64,000 nucleotides of DNA from Fidelibacterota bacterium (GTDB taxonomy: Bacteria; Fidelibacterota; SORT01): positions 62,119-126,118 of the forward strand of contig JACZTG010000006.1 of the NCBI GenBank assembly GCA_022573815.1, written 5' to 3'. The position numbers and the translations under genes were made by a program. This document shows, one piece after another, positions 1-8,054 of this stretch. Under the pieces are notes generated by a model. It did no database searches, was not told the origin of the DNA, and saw nothing but the letters and a program-made list of their open reading frames with translations. Each line of letters opens with the position of its first letter. The stretch's first letter is position 1.

Positions 1-184
1 TATCAGTCATTCGAAGAATAATTGCATTAACCAGATTCCTAAGAACTACTTTTTTATCATCCTCTAATTCTTGAACGACCTTGGAATTGTACATAAGCTT
101 CTCCAGACCAAATAACGTTTCGGGTGTCTGGGAAATTAAAGGTTTCAGGATTTCCTTTGCTTTAGTAACAAGTGCTGAATCCAT
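1..184 (-). CDS. hypothetical protein, N-terminal fragment (gene runs off the window edge)
   Basis: Minus-strand ATG at 184-182 with AGGAG about 5 nt upstream. The frame stays open to position 1 (MDSALVTKAKEILKPLISQTPETLFGLEKLMYNSKVVQELEDDKKVV...). No family recognised. Confidence 0.4.
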   Translation of the reverse strand, partial: MDSALVTKAKEILKPLISQTPETLFGLEKLMYNSKVVQELEDDKKVVLRNLVNAIILRMTD

Positions 185-591
185 TTAACTCCTAAGTTAA
201 TGCGAATGTAATGTTCGTTCGAAGCTCATTCATTTCATCAAACCAAAATATAGGTGCGTAGTTTTAAAAGCTATTTTGCCTAATATATGAAATTATGAAT
301 TAAATACAAATAGAATATTGATGTAAATCACACCATTTTAACGACTTACACAATGTTTTCTATCGATTTCAATATCGAGAATATAATAGTAGAAAACCGG
401 CGTATTATTTATCATTATATTCTTCACCCATTTCAAATTCCGGAACCCGTTGGACCAACGATAATCAAATTTAATTTATTGACTTATAGCCGAATTCATT
501 TTATACTGACTGTCTGAGATTCATAAAATTAAGCCTTATATATACGAAATGCTAATAACATTGATGATGATAATTTCAAAGATATAATTAT

Positions 592-1914
592 ATGTTGGAC
601 CAATACAGATATAAAGCCAAAGACATTCGAGGGAAAGTCCTTATTGGTTATGTAGAAGCCAAGAATAAAAAGGAAGCTAAAACTCAAGCTGAATCCATCG
701 CTCGAAAAAGAAGGCTTCAGGTAGTAACAATTGAGAAAAAAGTAAAATTCCTTTACCGCACAAGGCGCGGTACTCAGGAAATTCAAACCGGGGAGCAGCT
801 CGCTTACAGCAAAGAAGAGCTTCAGGCAGCGCTCGAAAAGCTCGGTTTTAAAGTACTTAAAGTTCAGAAAAAACTTTTTGATTTTAAAGGATCTGTCCCC
901 TCCGCAGAGATCGCTTCATGGATCAGACTTTGCGCGGACTTGCTGAAAGAAAACCTTCCGTATGACGAAATATTGAACTTATTGGGAGAGGACACTCCAA
1001 ACAAGCGTCTTCGTGAAGTGATAAAAGAGATAAGTAAAGACCTTAAAGAGGGAAAAGATGGAAAAGAAGTGTTCGGAAAGCACGAGGACGTCTTCGGAAA
1101 ATTCCCGGCATTTATGTTGGCTGTAGCCTCCACAAGCGGTAATATGGCGGAAGTTTATGAGAGTACCGCCAAGTTTATGCAGCGTGACGAGGATTTTAAA
1201 CGAAATCTTAAAAAAGCGTTATTGACGCCGTTAATAACTCTCGGTGTCATAGGTTTTGTGGTCGGTTACTATGTAATGGTCATCTTCCCCGAAACAGCCG
1301 GCATTTTCAGAAAATTCGGGAAAACATTGCCTCCTATGACCACGGCAACTCTTAAGCTCAGTGATTTTCTACAGGAAAATTGGATGTTGGTTTTATTCAT
1401 GATATTAGCGCCAATTATATCATTTGTATTTTTTATCAAGACTCCAAAGGGAGGTCTCTGGCTCGATAAACACATCATCCATTTACCTATTATGGGTGAA
1501 TTAATCCATAAGATGAGCATAGAGATTTTCGCTCGCGTTTTTTACTCTCTTTACAGCGGCTCGGGAGAGAATATAGAAGTAATAAGAATTGCTTCGGAGG
1601 CGTGTAGAAACAGATATATGGAAAAACAGATGAAGGAGGTGGGAATTCCAATGATGCTTGCGGAAGGTAAGGGCATTGTGGAAGCCATGGAAGGCACAGG
1701 TGTCTTTACTACCACCGCCATTTCCCGGTTCCGGTCAGGAGCTGAATCGGGCTCGCTGCGTTCAAATGCCCTTCAGCTGGCGAACTATTATGAAACCGAG
1801 ACAAGCTACCGAATGGAAAAAGCCATTAGTATGATAGATTTGATGGTCACAATGATCATCATGGTAGTTATGGTAGGATTGACTATTGTTTCTGCCGAAA
1901 CTTCAATTATGTGA
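592..1914 (+). CDS. pilC: type IV pilus / type II secretion platform protein, PilC/GspF family
   Basis: 440 aa. Soluble N-terminus typical of PilC (YRYKAKDIRGKVLIGYVEAKNKKEA), two T2SS-F type repeats, and hydrophobic helices after each repeat. Confidence 0.85.
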   Translation: MLDQYRYKAKDIRGKVLIGYVEAKNKKEAKTQAESIARKRRLQVVTIEKKVKFLYRTRRGTQEIQTGEQLAYSKEELQAALEKLGFKVLKVQKKLFDFKGSVPSAEIASWIRLCADLLKENLPYDEILNLLGEDTPNKRLREVIKEISKDLKEGKDGKEVFGKHEDVFGKFPAFMLAVASTSGNMAEVYESTAKFMQRDEDFKRNLKKALLTPLITLGVIGFVVGYYVMVIFPETAGIFRKFGKTLPPMTTATLKLSDFLQENWMLVLFMILAPIISFVFFIKTPKGGLWLDKHIIHLPIMGELIHKMSIEIFARVFYSLYSGSGENIEVIRIASEACRNRYMEKQMKEVGIPMMLAEGKGIVEAMEGTGVFTTTAISRFRSGAESGSLRSNALQLANYYETETSYRMEKAISMIDLMVTMIIMVVMVGLTIVSAETSIM

Positions 1915-1919
1915 TATTC

Positions 1920-2465
1920 TTAGTGCTGTTTAATCAGCTGACGTTCTAATTCAATAACCTTTTTATTTGTGGCAATAAGTTTTCTTCTTAAAATTTCCAT
2001 CAGGTTCATCATATAAATATCAAAAAGTTTTTGTCCGTTCCTACCGAAAAAGTCCTTTAGAATATCTCGTGTATATCTGAGTAAACGGGCAGGTTTCTCT
2101 ACTCTGACTGACGCTATCCGGTAGTGATCTCTAAACAAAATCAACTCACCGAACACATCACCCTTTTCTAAGGTGGCCATCTTGATATCCTGGCTGTAAA
2201 TTGATACGGAGCCTTCACATATGAGAAACATATCTGTTCCTACCTGACCTTCTTTCATAATATTTTCATGCAGTTCATATTTTTCGTCGAATCCCGCAGC
2301 AAGGAATTTTTTTGCTATGTCAGGCGGAAAATGAGCAAGCAATAACGGCGGTTTTTGAAAATACAGCAGCGTACCCGTGTGCTGCGACCAAACACTCAGC
2401 GAATTTTCTTTTATCTTCTCATTGTTTTCTATAGCTTTTCCATTATCTGAATTTGTTTTTATCAA
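1920..2465 (-). CDS. cyclic nucleotide-binding (CAP effector) domain protein without an HTH
   Basis: 181 aa with a cNMP-binding signature (GDVFGELILFRDHYRIASVRVEKPARLL). No DNA-binding domain follows. Last gene of the pilin-pilB operon (4-nt gap to the upstream gene). Confidence 0.75.
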   Translation of the reverse strand: MIKTNSDNGKAIENNEKIKENSLSVWSQHTGTLLYFQKPPLLLAHFPPDIAKKFLAAGFDEKYELHENIMKEGQVGTDMFLICEGSVSIYSQDIKMATLEKGDVFGELILFRDHYRIASVRVEKPARLLRYTRDILKDFFGRNGQKLFDIYMMNLMEILRRKLIATNKKVIELERQLIKQH

Positions 2466-2469
2466 TTTA

Positions 2470-3024
2470 TTAACCCGCTAAGTTTTTAGGTGAAAATCTT
2501 CCTTCCCAACGCGCTTCTCCGTAAGTAGTATCAAACGGAATCATAGTCTGAACGGTGAAGGCAATTCTAATTGAACGTACATTCGCCGGGACAGCTGTCA
2601 CAGTACCATTAGCCGCATAATAAGATAAATTCCAGGTCGTCATTCCTAATGCCACATCACTTGCCGTTCCATTTACATCTCTGTAAAGATAACGGTCATT
2701 TGGGTTATCGGTGTATGACGGCTCGGACGTAGGTCCAAGATAAAAGCCTACGGTGTCCACAACGCCATCATCATCCACGTCACCTAAAAATTCTATAGTC
2801 GTACTGGTCATAGTTCTTATGATTGTCGTACCTGAAGCGACTTTATAACCCATTTTCCGAAAATCATAATCAAGTATACTCACTATAACGGTGACGTTTT
2901 CCTGGGCGTTAGTCCCAAGGGAATTCATAGTCGCGGTTTCCATGATCTCGGTATTTAATGCAAGAATGGACAATAGTAGCATACCGCCGATAAGAAAAGA
3001 GCCTGCCATTTCAATATCTGGCAT
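2470..3024 (-). CDS. leaderless minor pilin-like protein (PilW/GspJ-like C-terminal region)
   Basis: 184 aa. The N-terminus MPDIE-MAGSFLIGGMLLLSILAL has Glu at residue 5 followed by a hydrophobic helix. The C-terminal beta-rich part resembles PilW/GspJ (VRSIRIAFTVQT). An in-frame TAA lies 1 codon upstream. An alternative ATG exists at 3009. Confidence 0.5.
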   Translation of the reverse strand: MPDIEMAGSFLIGGMLLLSILALNTEIMETATMNSLGTNAQENVTVIVSILDYDFRKMGYKVASGTTIIRTMTSTTIEFLGDVDDDGVVDTVGFYLGPTSEPSYTDNPNDRYLYRDVNGTASDVALGMTTWNLSYYAANGTVTAVPANVRSIRIAFTVQTMIPFDTTYGEARWEGRFSPKNLAG

Positions 3025-3027
3025 AAT

Positions 3028-3531
3028 TTACTCCCTTATAAATGAATAAACATAACTCAGACGAATAGCATTGGGTAAATAATCGCTGGTTAATGTTAAA
3101 TTCATTCTTTTTAATGTGGTTTGGGATGCCGAAAAAGTCACAAGGTCGGCTGATGTCACATAACCTACGGTACAGGCGATGGCATACGTCCACCCCCTCT
3201 TTTCGGTGCCCGTTGTATCAATAATAGTCAAGCCATGAAAGTCATCTATATCATTATAAAGGGGATAGTCTTCTCCCCCATCTTCGCCAAGGTTTCCGGG
3301 CGCTGTAAATCCTCCCGGAACAGAAGCTGGAATCATGGATACTGAATTTTCATCAAACGCTTTTAATCCTGCGTCAGATATCACTTCCTGCAAAAGTGAA
3401 ATAGCCGTAATCTCGAATTCACTTTCGAGGACCCTGCTGCTATTTTCAAGGAGTGCTCTGTTCACTGTAAGCGAAAACCACCCGAATATTGAAAGAGCTG
3501 CAAGTACTAATAATAGTTCTGCTTTACCCAT
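3028..3531 (-). CDS. leaderless minor pilin-like protein
   Basis: 167 aa. The N-terminus MGKAE-LLLVLAALSIFGWF lines up with a mature pilin FTLIE-LLIVVAII. An in-frame TAG sits immediately upstream of the ATG. An AAGGAAA SD is present, and the gene starts 9 nt after the pilB stop. Confidence 0.5.
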   Translation of the reverse strand: MGKAELLLVLAALSIFGWFSLTVNRALLENSSRVLESEFEITAISLLQEVISDAGLKAFDENSVSMIPASVPGGFTAPGNLGEDGGEDYPLYNDIDDFHGLTIIDTTGTEKRGWTYAIACTVGYVTSADLVTFSASQTTLKRMNLTLTSDYLPNAIRLSYVYSFIRE

Positions 3532-3540
3532 CTATTTCCT

Positions 3541-5313
3541 TTAATCATCAACCGTTATCGCTGCAATTTCGTCAACGGATGTTATTCCTTCTTTTATTCG
3601 ATTTATACCTGAAAATCTAAGCGTCAGCATACCGTCTTTGATGCCCTGTTCCAATATTGCTTTTTCGTTTATATCCTCACCTGACGCAACAATTATCTCC
3701 CGGAGTTCTTTTGTAAAATATAGCCCCTCCATTATCGCTGTTCTGCCTTTATAGCCGTTACGACATTTATTGCAGCCCACCGGTTGAAATAAATTCTTTT
3801 CAGTCTCCAGCTCTTCATCGGTAAAACCAAGTTTCTTGGCGAAAGTCTTTGTCTCATCATTCATTGGAATTTTACACTCATTACACAACCTTCTCACAAG
3901 TCGTTGAGCCATAATTATATTTACAGAATATGCTATAAGGAATGGCTCTACCCCCATCTTAAAAAGCCTGGAAATGGCGCTTGGAGCATCATTGGTATGA
4001 AGTGTCGAAAAAGTTAAATGCCCGGTATTTGCTAATTTAATTGCGATTTCAGCCGTTTTCTTATCCCTGATCTCACCCACAAGAACGATATCAGGATCGT
4101 GCCTCAAAATAGCGCGCATTGCTAAATCAAAGCCCATTTTGTCGCTAATTTTTAATTGACGCGCGCCCTTGATAAGATATTCAACAGGTTCTTCTACGGT
4201 CAAGACGCAAACTTCAGGAGTAATTACCGCATACAGCGCTGCTATTAGAGTTGTGCTTTTCCCGCTGCCTGTAGGTCCTGTTACAATGATAATTCCGGAA
4301 GGTTTGCTGATCGCTTTATGGAAATCTTCGCTTGCTTTTGGCTGAAGGCCAAGTTTTTTTAAATCTGTAACAACCTTTCTGTCATCAAGTATTCTGATAA
4401 CCACACTTTCAAACTTCCGGTCGAATTCTTGTCCTACAATAGGAATAAGTGACACACGATACCGAATCAGATAATCATCAACACTGCGCTGAATAAATCC
4501 ATCCTGTGCCATATCGCGTTCAAATCGGTCAACATTGCGAGTTTTATCTTTGAAAACCGCGATGATTGCTTCGGGTTTGACCCCTTTTTGCGTATGCCAG
4601 ACCGATAGTTTTCCATCAATTCTAAACAAAAAATCAGTTGTCGTTGATGAACTCGGGATTATATGAATATCACTTGCATCCTGCCTTACAGCCTCAACGA
4701 GAACGCCTTCAACCAATGCCGTTAAAGCGCTTTGATTGATTTCGGCGTCTAATGCGGACTCATCAACTTCCTCGTCCTCTCCTTGCTCTTCTTCATCATA
4801 ATCAATCTCATCAAGAATACCGAGAAAATCGTTCAACCCTGAAAGTATCTTACTTATTAATTCCTCTACGGATTCTTTCTTAGTGTAGGCAATTTCATAA
4901 TTGCGATAATTCAATTGCTCCACTATCCCCTGTAAACTCGGGTCAGTCGGGTCGGCGGCAATAAGAGTTAATATTCCTTCCCCGTTAGTACGCTCAAATT
5001 TTAACGGCAACATCTTCGCGCGAATCATAGAGGTTCTGTTATCATCGCTCATTTCCTCTAAAAATCCCTTAATAAACTCATACTGTTCTTCAGGGATCTC
5101 ATCAACCGTAACTTGGACTTCCTTTATAGCATATAGAGAGGTTAGAGCTTGTAGAACCTTATGCCTGTCTACATCCAAATCCTCATAAAGAACTTCCCCG
5201 ATTCTTCTTCGGTCATTTTGAGGTTCTTTAGATTGAATTTCTAAGGCTTGCTTGAGAAGCTCTTCCGTAATAATGCCTTTCTGTACCAGAACATCTCCAA
5301 TACGTAAAGCCAT
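3541..5313 (-). CDS. pilB: type IV pilus assembly ATPase, PilB/GspE/MshE family, with an N-terminal T2SSE_N/MshEN-like domain
   Basis: 590 aa. Walker A GPTGSGKSTT, Asp and His boxes, and a tetracysteine cluster (CNECK...CNKCRNGY). The N-terminus RIGDVLVQKGIITEELLKQALEIQ matches the MshEN 24-residue motif. Confidence 0.9.
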   Translation of the reverse strand: MALRIGDVLVQKGIITEELLKQALEIQSKEPQNDRRRIGEVLYEDLDVDRHKVLQALTSLYAIKEVQVTVDEIPEEQYEFIKGFLEEMSDDNRTSMIRAKMLPLKFERTNGEGILTLIAADPTDPSLQGIVEQLNYRNYEIAYTKKESVEELISKILSGLNDFLGILDEIDYDEEEQGEDEEVDESALDAEINQSALTALVEGVLVEAVRQDASDIHIIPSSSTTTDFLFRIDGKLSVWHTQKGVKPEAIIAVFKDKTRNVDRFERDMAQDGFIQRSVDDYLIRYRVSLIPIVGQEFDRKFESVVIRILDDRKVVTDLKKLGLQPKASEDFHKAISKPSGIIIVTGPTGSGKSTTLIAALYAVITPEVCVLTVEEPVEYLIKGARQLKISDKMGFDLAMRAILRHDPDIVLVGEIRDKKTAEIAIKLANTGHLTFSTLHTNDAPSAISRLFKMGVEPFLIAYSVNIIMAQRLVRRLCNECKIPMNDETKTFAKKLGFTDEELETEKNLFQPVGCNKCRNGYKGRTAIMEGLYFTKELREIIVASGEDINEKAILEQGIKDGMLTLRFSGINRIKEGITSVDEIAAITVDD

Positions 5314-5463
5314 CTGCTAATTGCCTCCTTTTTCCGCGATAATAGTTGCCCGAGAGAGGACTGAAAGTCTGAGGGTTTGCTCTTTTTTCTTCATTGAAAA
5401 ACTACTTCAGGCGCCTTGCTGTTATAACATTGCGCCTCATCAATATTTAATTCTTTTAATATT

Positions 5464-5498
5464 TGCGGGTAGCTGCAATAATCATGGTACTACCCGCA
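5464..5498 (-). terminator. stem-loop between the pilin-like gene and pilB (candidate attenuating terminator)
   Basis: 9-bp stem TGCGGGTAG / CTACCCGCA with a 17-nt loop, 42 nt downstream of the pilin stop, followed by an A/T-rich tract but no clean U-run. Confidence 0.35.
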
Positions 5499-5539
5499 AT
5501 ATTAGTTTGAATTAAATCAACAATGCTACCACTCAACTC

Positions 5540-5926
5540 TTACGGCAAGGTTATTGTCGGTGTACCCGAAACTCCCTGCTGAGTAATAGTGGCAACGATA
5601 ATAACGCCTTCGTTTGCGCCTGTAGCTGTAAGGACGAACGATGTGGCCGTAACACCTGACATAAGGAAATTACCGTTGGCGTTTGATGAATCAGCGCCAA
5701 AAGTTATTACATCGGTTGTTCCAACAAAGCTTCTCGCTCCACCGCCTAATGCCGCCGGTTTGCGCCAATAAGAAGCTGCTGACGATGCGACGTTATTCAC
5801 ATCCTGTAAAAGCGCGTCTCGCTCTGCGTTAACGGCGCCTGTCGTGAACATATTGATACCCACAACAACCGCAACACCAACGATAATGGTGCCGAGTACG
5901 ATTAGTAATAATTGCTGTTGTCCCAT
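5540..5926 (-). CDS. leaderless major pilin-like protein
   Basis: 128 aa. The N-terminus MGQQQLLLIVLGTIIVGVAVVVG is a pilin-type hydrophobic helix starting at Met1. A strong SD (AGGAGG) is present and an in-frame TAA lies 1 codon upstream. It has the first-gene position upstream of pilB, plus its own promoter and a downstream hairpin. Confidence 0.55.
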   Translation of the reverse strand: MGQQQLLLIVLGTIIVGVAVVVGINMFTTGAVNAERDALLQDVNNVASSAASYWRKPAALGGGARSFVGTTDVITFGADSSNANGNFLMSGVTATSFVLTATGANEGVIIVATITQQGVSGTPTITLP

Positions 5927-6049
5927 TTGTTAACCTCCTATTAATGGTTTGAGACTTTTACTTATTTTCAAAAGACTGCTATTACCTCTAATTGACTAAA
6001 GTGATTAATATTAACCAATCCAGCGGTTTTAATTGTTCATAGTCTCTTG

Positions 6050-6078
6050 ATTATACAGACTTTAGTATTATAAGTCAA
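6050..6078 (-). promoter_or_regulatory. sigma70-type promoter for the pilin-like gene
   Basis: On the minus strand: TTGACT (6078-6073), a 17-nt spacer, then TATAAT (6055-6050). This implies a 5' UTR of about 115 nt. Confidence 0.4.
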
Positions 6079-6432
6079 GCATAAATACTGCGTTTGCTGT
6101 AATAAAACACTGTCTGTATGTCGTGTAAGTCTATTAATTATTTCTTACACAAACAAATATATGCTAATTTACTATCTGATTTGTATCCTGAATCACAATT
6201 TTTAATGAATGTTACCTCCGTCACACTATTCATAATCTCTTTAATTATATTTGATTCTGAACCGCCCAATGCCTATAATAGTTTGTAGGCAGATGTCAAT
6301 GGGTGGAATATTCTAACGTGGTTGTTAGTATGTATGTTGCAGTCCTGTCTTTAAGAAACGCCTTGTATTGGCTGCTTAAATTGTATTGGACCGCGAACTA
6401 AACTGGTAAAATTAAGAATTGGAGTATGCGCC

Positions 6433-6960
6433 ATGAGTCTTAAAAAAATTTCACAGTTACTTCTTATAATATTAATAGGTCCTTTCCTACTTCCGGGAGC
6501 AATTCTCGCTCAGGATGGTGAAATCGAATACACACAATTATTCACAAGCACGGATGCTTCTCAATGGGATGTTGAAGGTTTCGTCACCCCCTCAATGGAC
6601 GACGGACTGCTCTCTTTTTTGTTTGTATTCAATGAGGATAATCCCGTCAGGTCGGTACCTGATACGATTCATTTACAATTAAAAGATCATGTAGATATTA
6701 GCAACTGCTCTACCGCTTATGTTCGGTTCAGCAAACAAGATATTCTTTTAGATGAGGATTCATGGATTGTAAGTAACATCAGGGTGTATGCAAAACACGA
6801 AAGCAGTGGTGGATGGTTCAGAGTTTATGAAGATATATCCCATCTCGCAGGATGGGTCCATAACTTGGAATTACGTTTTAGAGTTGCCGTCAGAACTGAT
6901 GATGTATATCCGGGTTCCTTCAAACTGACAAATATTCGTGTTGAAGGTGTGTGCGGATAA
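6433..6960 (+). CDS. secreted hypothetical protein
   Basis: 175 aa with a Sec-type signal peptide (LLLIILIGPFLLPGAILAQ/DGE) and a GGAG SD upstream. No family recognised. First gene of the plus-strand cluster. Confidence 0.6.
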   Translation: MSLKKISQLLLIILIGPFLLPGAILAQDGEIEYTQLFTSTDASQWDVEGFVTPSMDDGLLSFLFVFNEDNPVRSVPDTIHLQLKDHVDISNCSTAYVRFSKQDILLDEDSWIVSNIRVYAKHESSGGWFRVYEDISHLAGWVHNLELRFRVAVRTDDVYPGSFKLTNIRVEGVCG

Positions 6961-7016
6961 TGGTTTTTAGTGATTTAGTTATTGACAGTAAGGTTAATTT
7001 TTAAGCTGAAAAGATA

Positions 7017-8054
7017 ATGGGCAGAGCATCCTTATTGATAGTATTGGGATTTATCGTGATATTCGGAATGGTCCGGAGTAACATAACTAAGACCTCCGAA
7101 AACGCATCTGCTAACTCTTCAGAGTACGCCGAAACTATAATTGCTCGTAACATTGCCAACAGCGCAGCTGAGTATGGACTTTCCGTTTTTTCCAATACAG
7201 GAAATGACTCATCATATTCAAACTCTGACTTTATGGGCGGCTCTTTCACAGCTTACTTTACAGATCTCGGAGACACATTAAGATTAACCGTTACAGCTAC
7301 TTTTGAGGGTGAGAGCTATACGAATCGTATTGATATGATTTATACCATTGATTTCTTCCCGGATGCCACCGGCGGAGCGTCCATTGCTGGAGGCTCAGGA
7401 ATGATGGAGTTTGACCTTGGAGGCACAGTTTCTATAACAGGGAATGACACCAACTTTGACGGTACAGACGGCCCCGGACCCGATTTATCAGCGTTCACAC
7501 TGAGCAGTGACTTAGACAGCGCATCACTCGCTGCCGATTCCAGTTTCTTAACCGGAGACCCCCCTATTGAAGTAAGTTCGGATACAAGCGCGCTATCAGT
7601 AACCGAGCTTGTTGATTTCTATGGTACAATAGCAGATACCACACTTGCAGCGGGCACTTATAATGGAAATACTTTCGGCAGCGAGGCTAATCCTATGGTT
7701 GTTTACTGTAACGGGCATTTGGTCTTAGGGAGTGGAACTGTCGGCTATGGTATATTAGCTGTTGACGGCTCCTTAGCTATGGGCGGCAGCTCAGTCTGGT
7801 ACGGTATGGTACTGGTTAATTCAAGCGACGGTTATGATGCCTATTCCGCAAGCGGAAATCCGGCTATCTACGGTTCCTTTTCTCTTGGCACCAGTGATAC
7901 CACAACAACTTTAAGAATGACAGGAACAACGGACATCTATTACAGCACACAGGGCATAGCTGTTGCATTAACAGCGTTTAATGCCGGCATTGACGGTGTG
8001 GGCGGCGGATATGGAGCCGAAAGGACGATCAGCGAAATGATCTGGTATGAATAA
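7017..8054 (+). CDS. PilX_N-like anchored pilus-associated protein, paralog 1
   Basis: 345 aa. N-terminus MGRASLLIVLGFIVIFG (PilX N-terminal-like helix) with an in-frame TAA 4 codons upstream of the ATG. Shares motifs with the next gene (TNFDGTDGPGPDL, GYGILAVDGSL, GNPAIYGS, C-terminal IWYE). Confidence 0.6.
   Translation: MGRASLLIVLGFIVIFGMVRSNITKTSENASANSSEYAETIIARNIANSAAEYGLSVFSNTGNDSSYSNSDFMGGSFTAYFTDLGDTLRLTVTATFEGESYTNRIDMIYTIDFFPDATGGASIAGGSGMMEFDLGGTVSITGNDTNFDGTDGPGPDLSAFTLSSDLDSASLAADSSFLTGDPPIEVSSDTSALSVTELVDFYGTIADTTLAAGTYNGNTFGSEANPMVVYCNGHLVLGSGTVGYGILAVDGSLAMGGSSVWYGMVLVNSSDGYDAYSASGNPAIYGSFSLGTSDTTTTLRMTGTTDIYYSTQGIAVALTAFNAGIDGVGGGYGAERTISEMIWYE

Noticed and set aside
5927-6432. 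Sigma54 (TGGCAC-N5-TTGC) promoter for the pilin-like gene, as is common for type IV pilins
   Set aside because: No GG-N10-GC element with the right spacing was found on the minus strand of the spacer. A near-consensus sigma70 -35/-10 pair is present instead.
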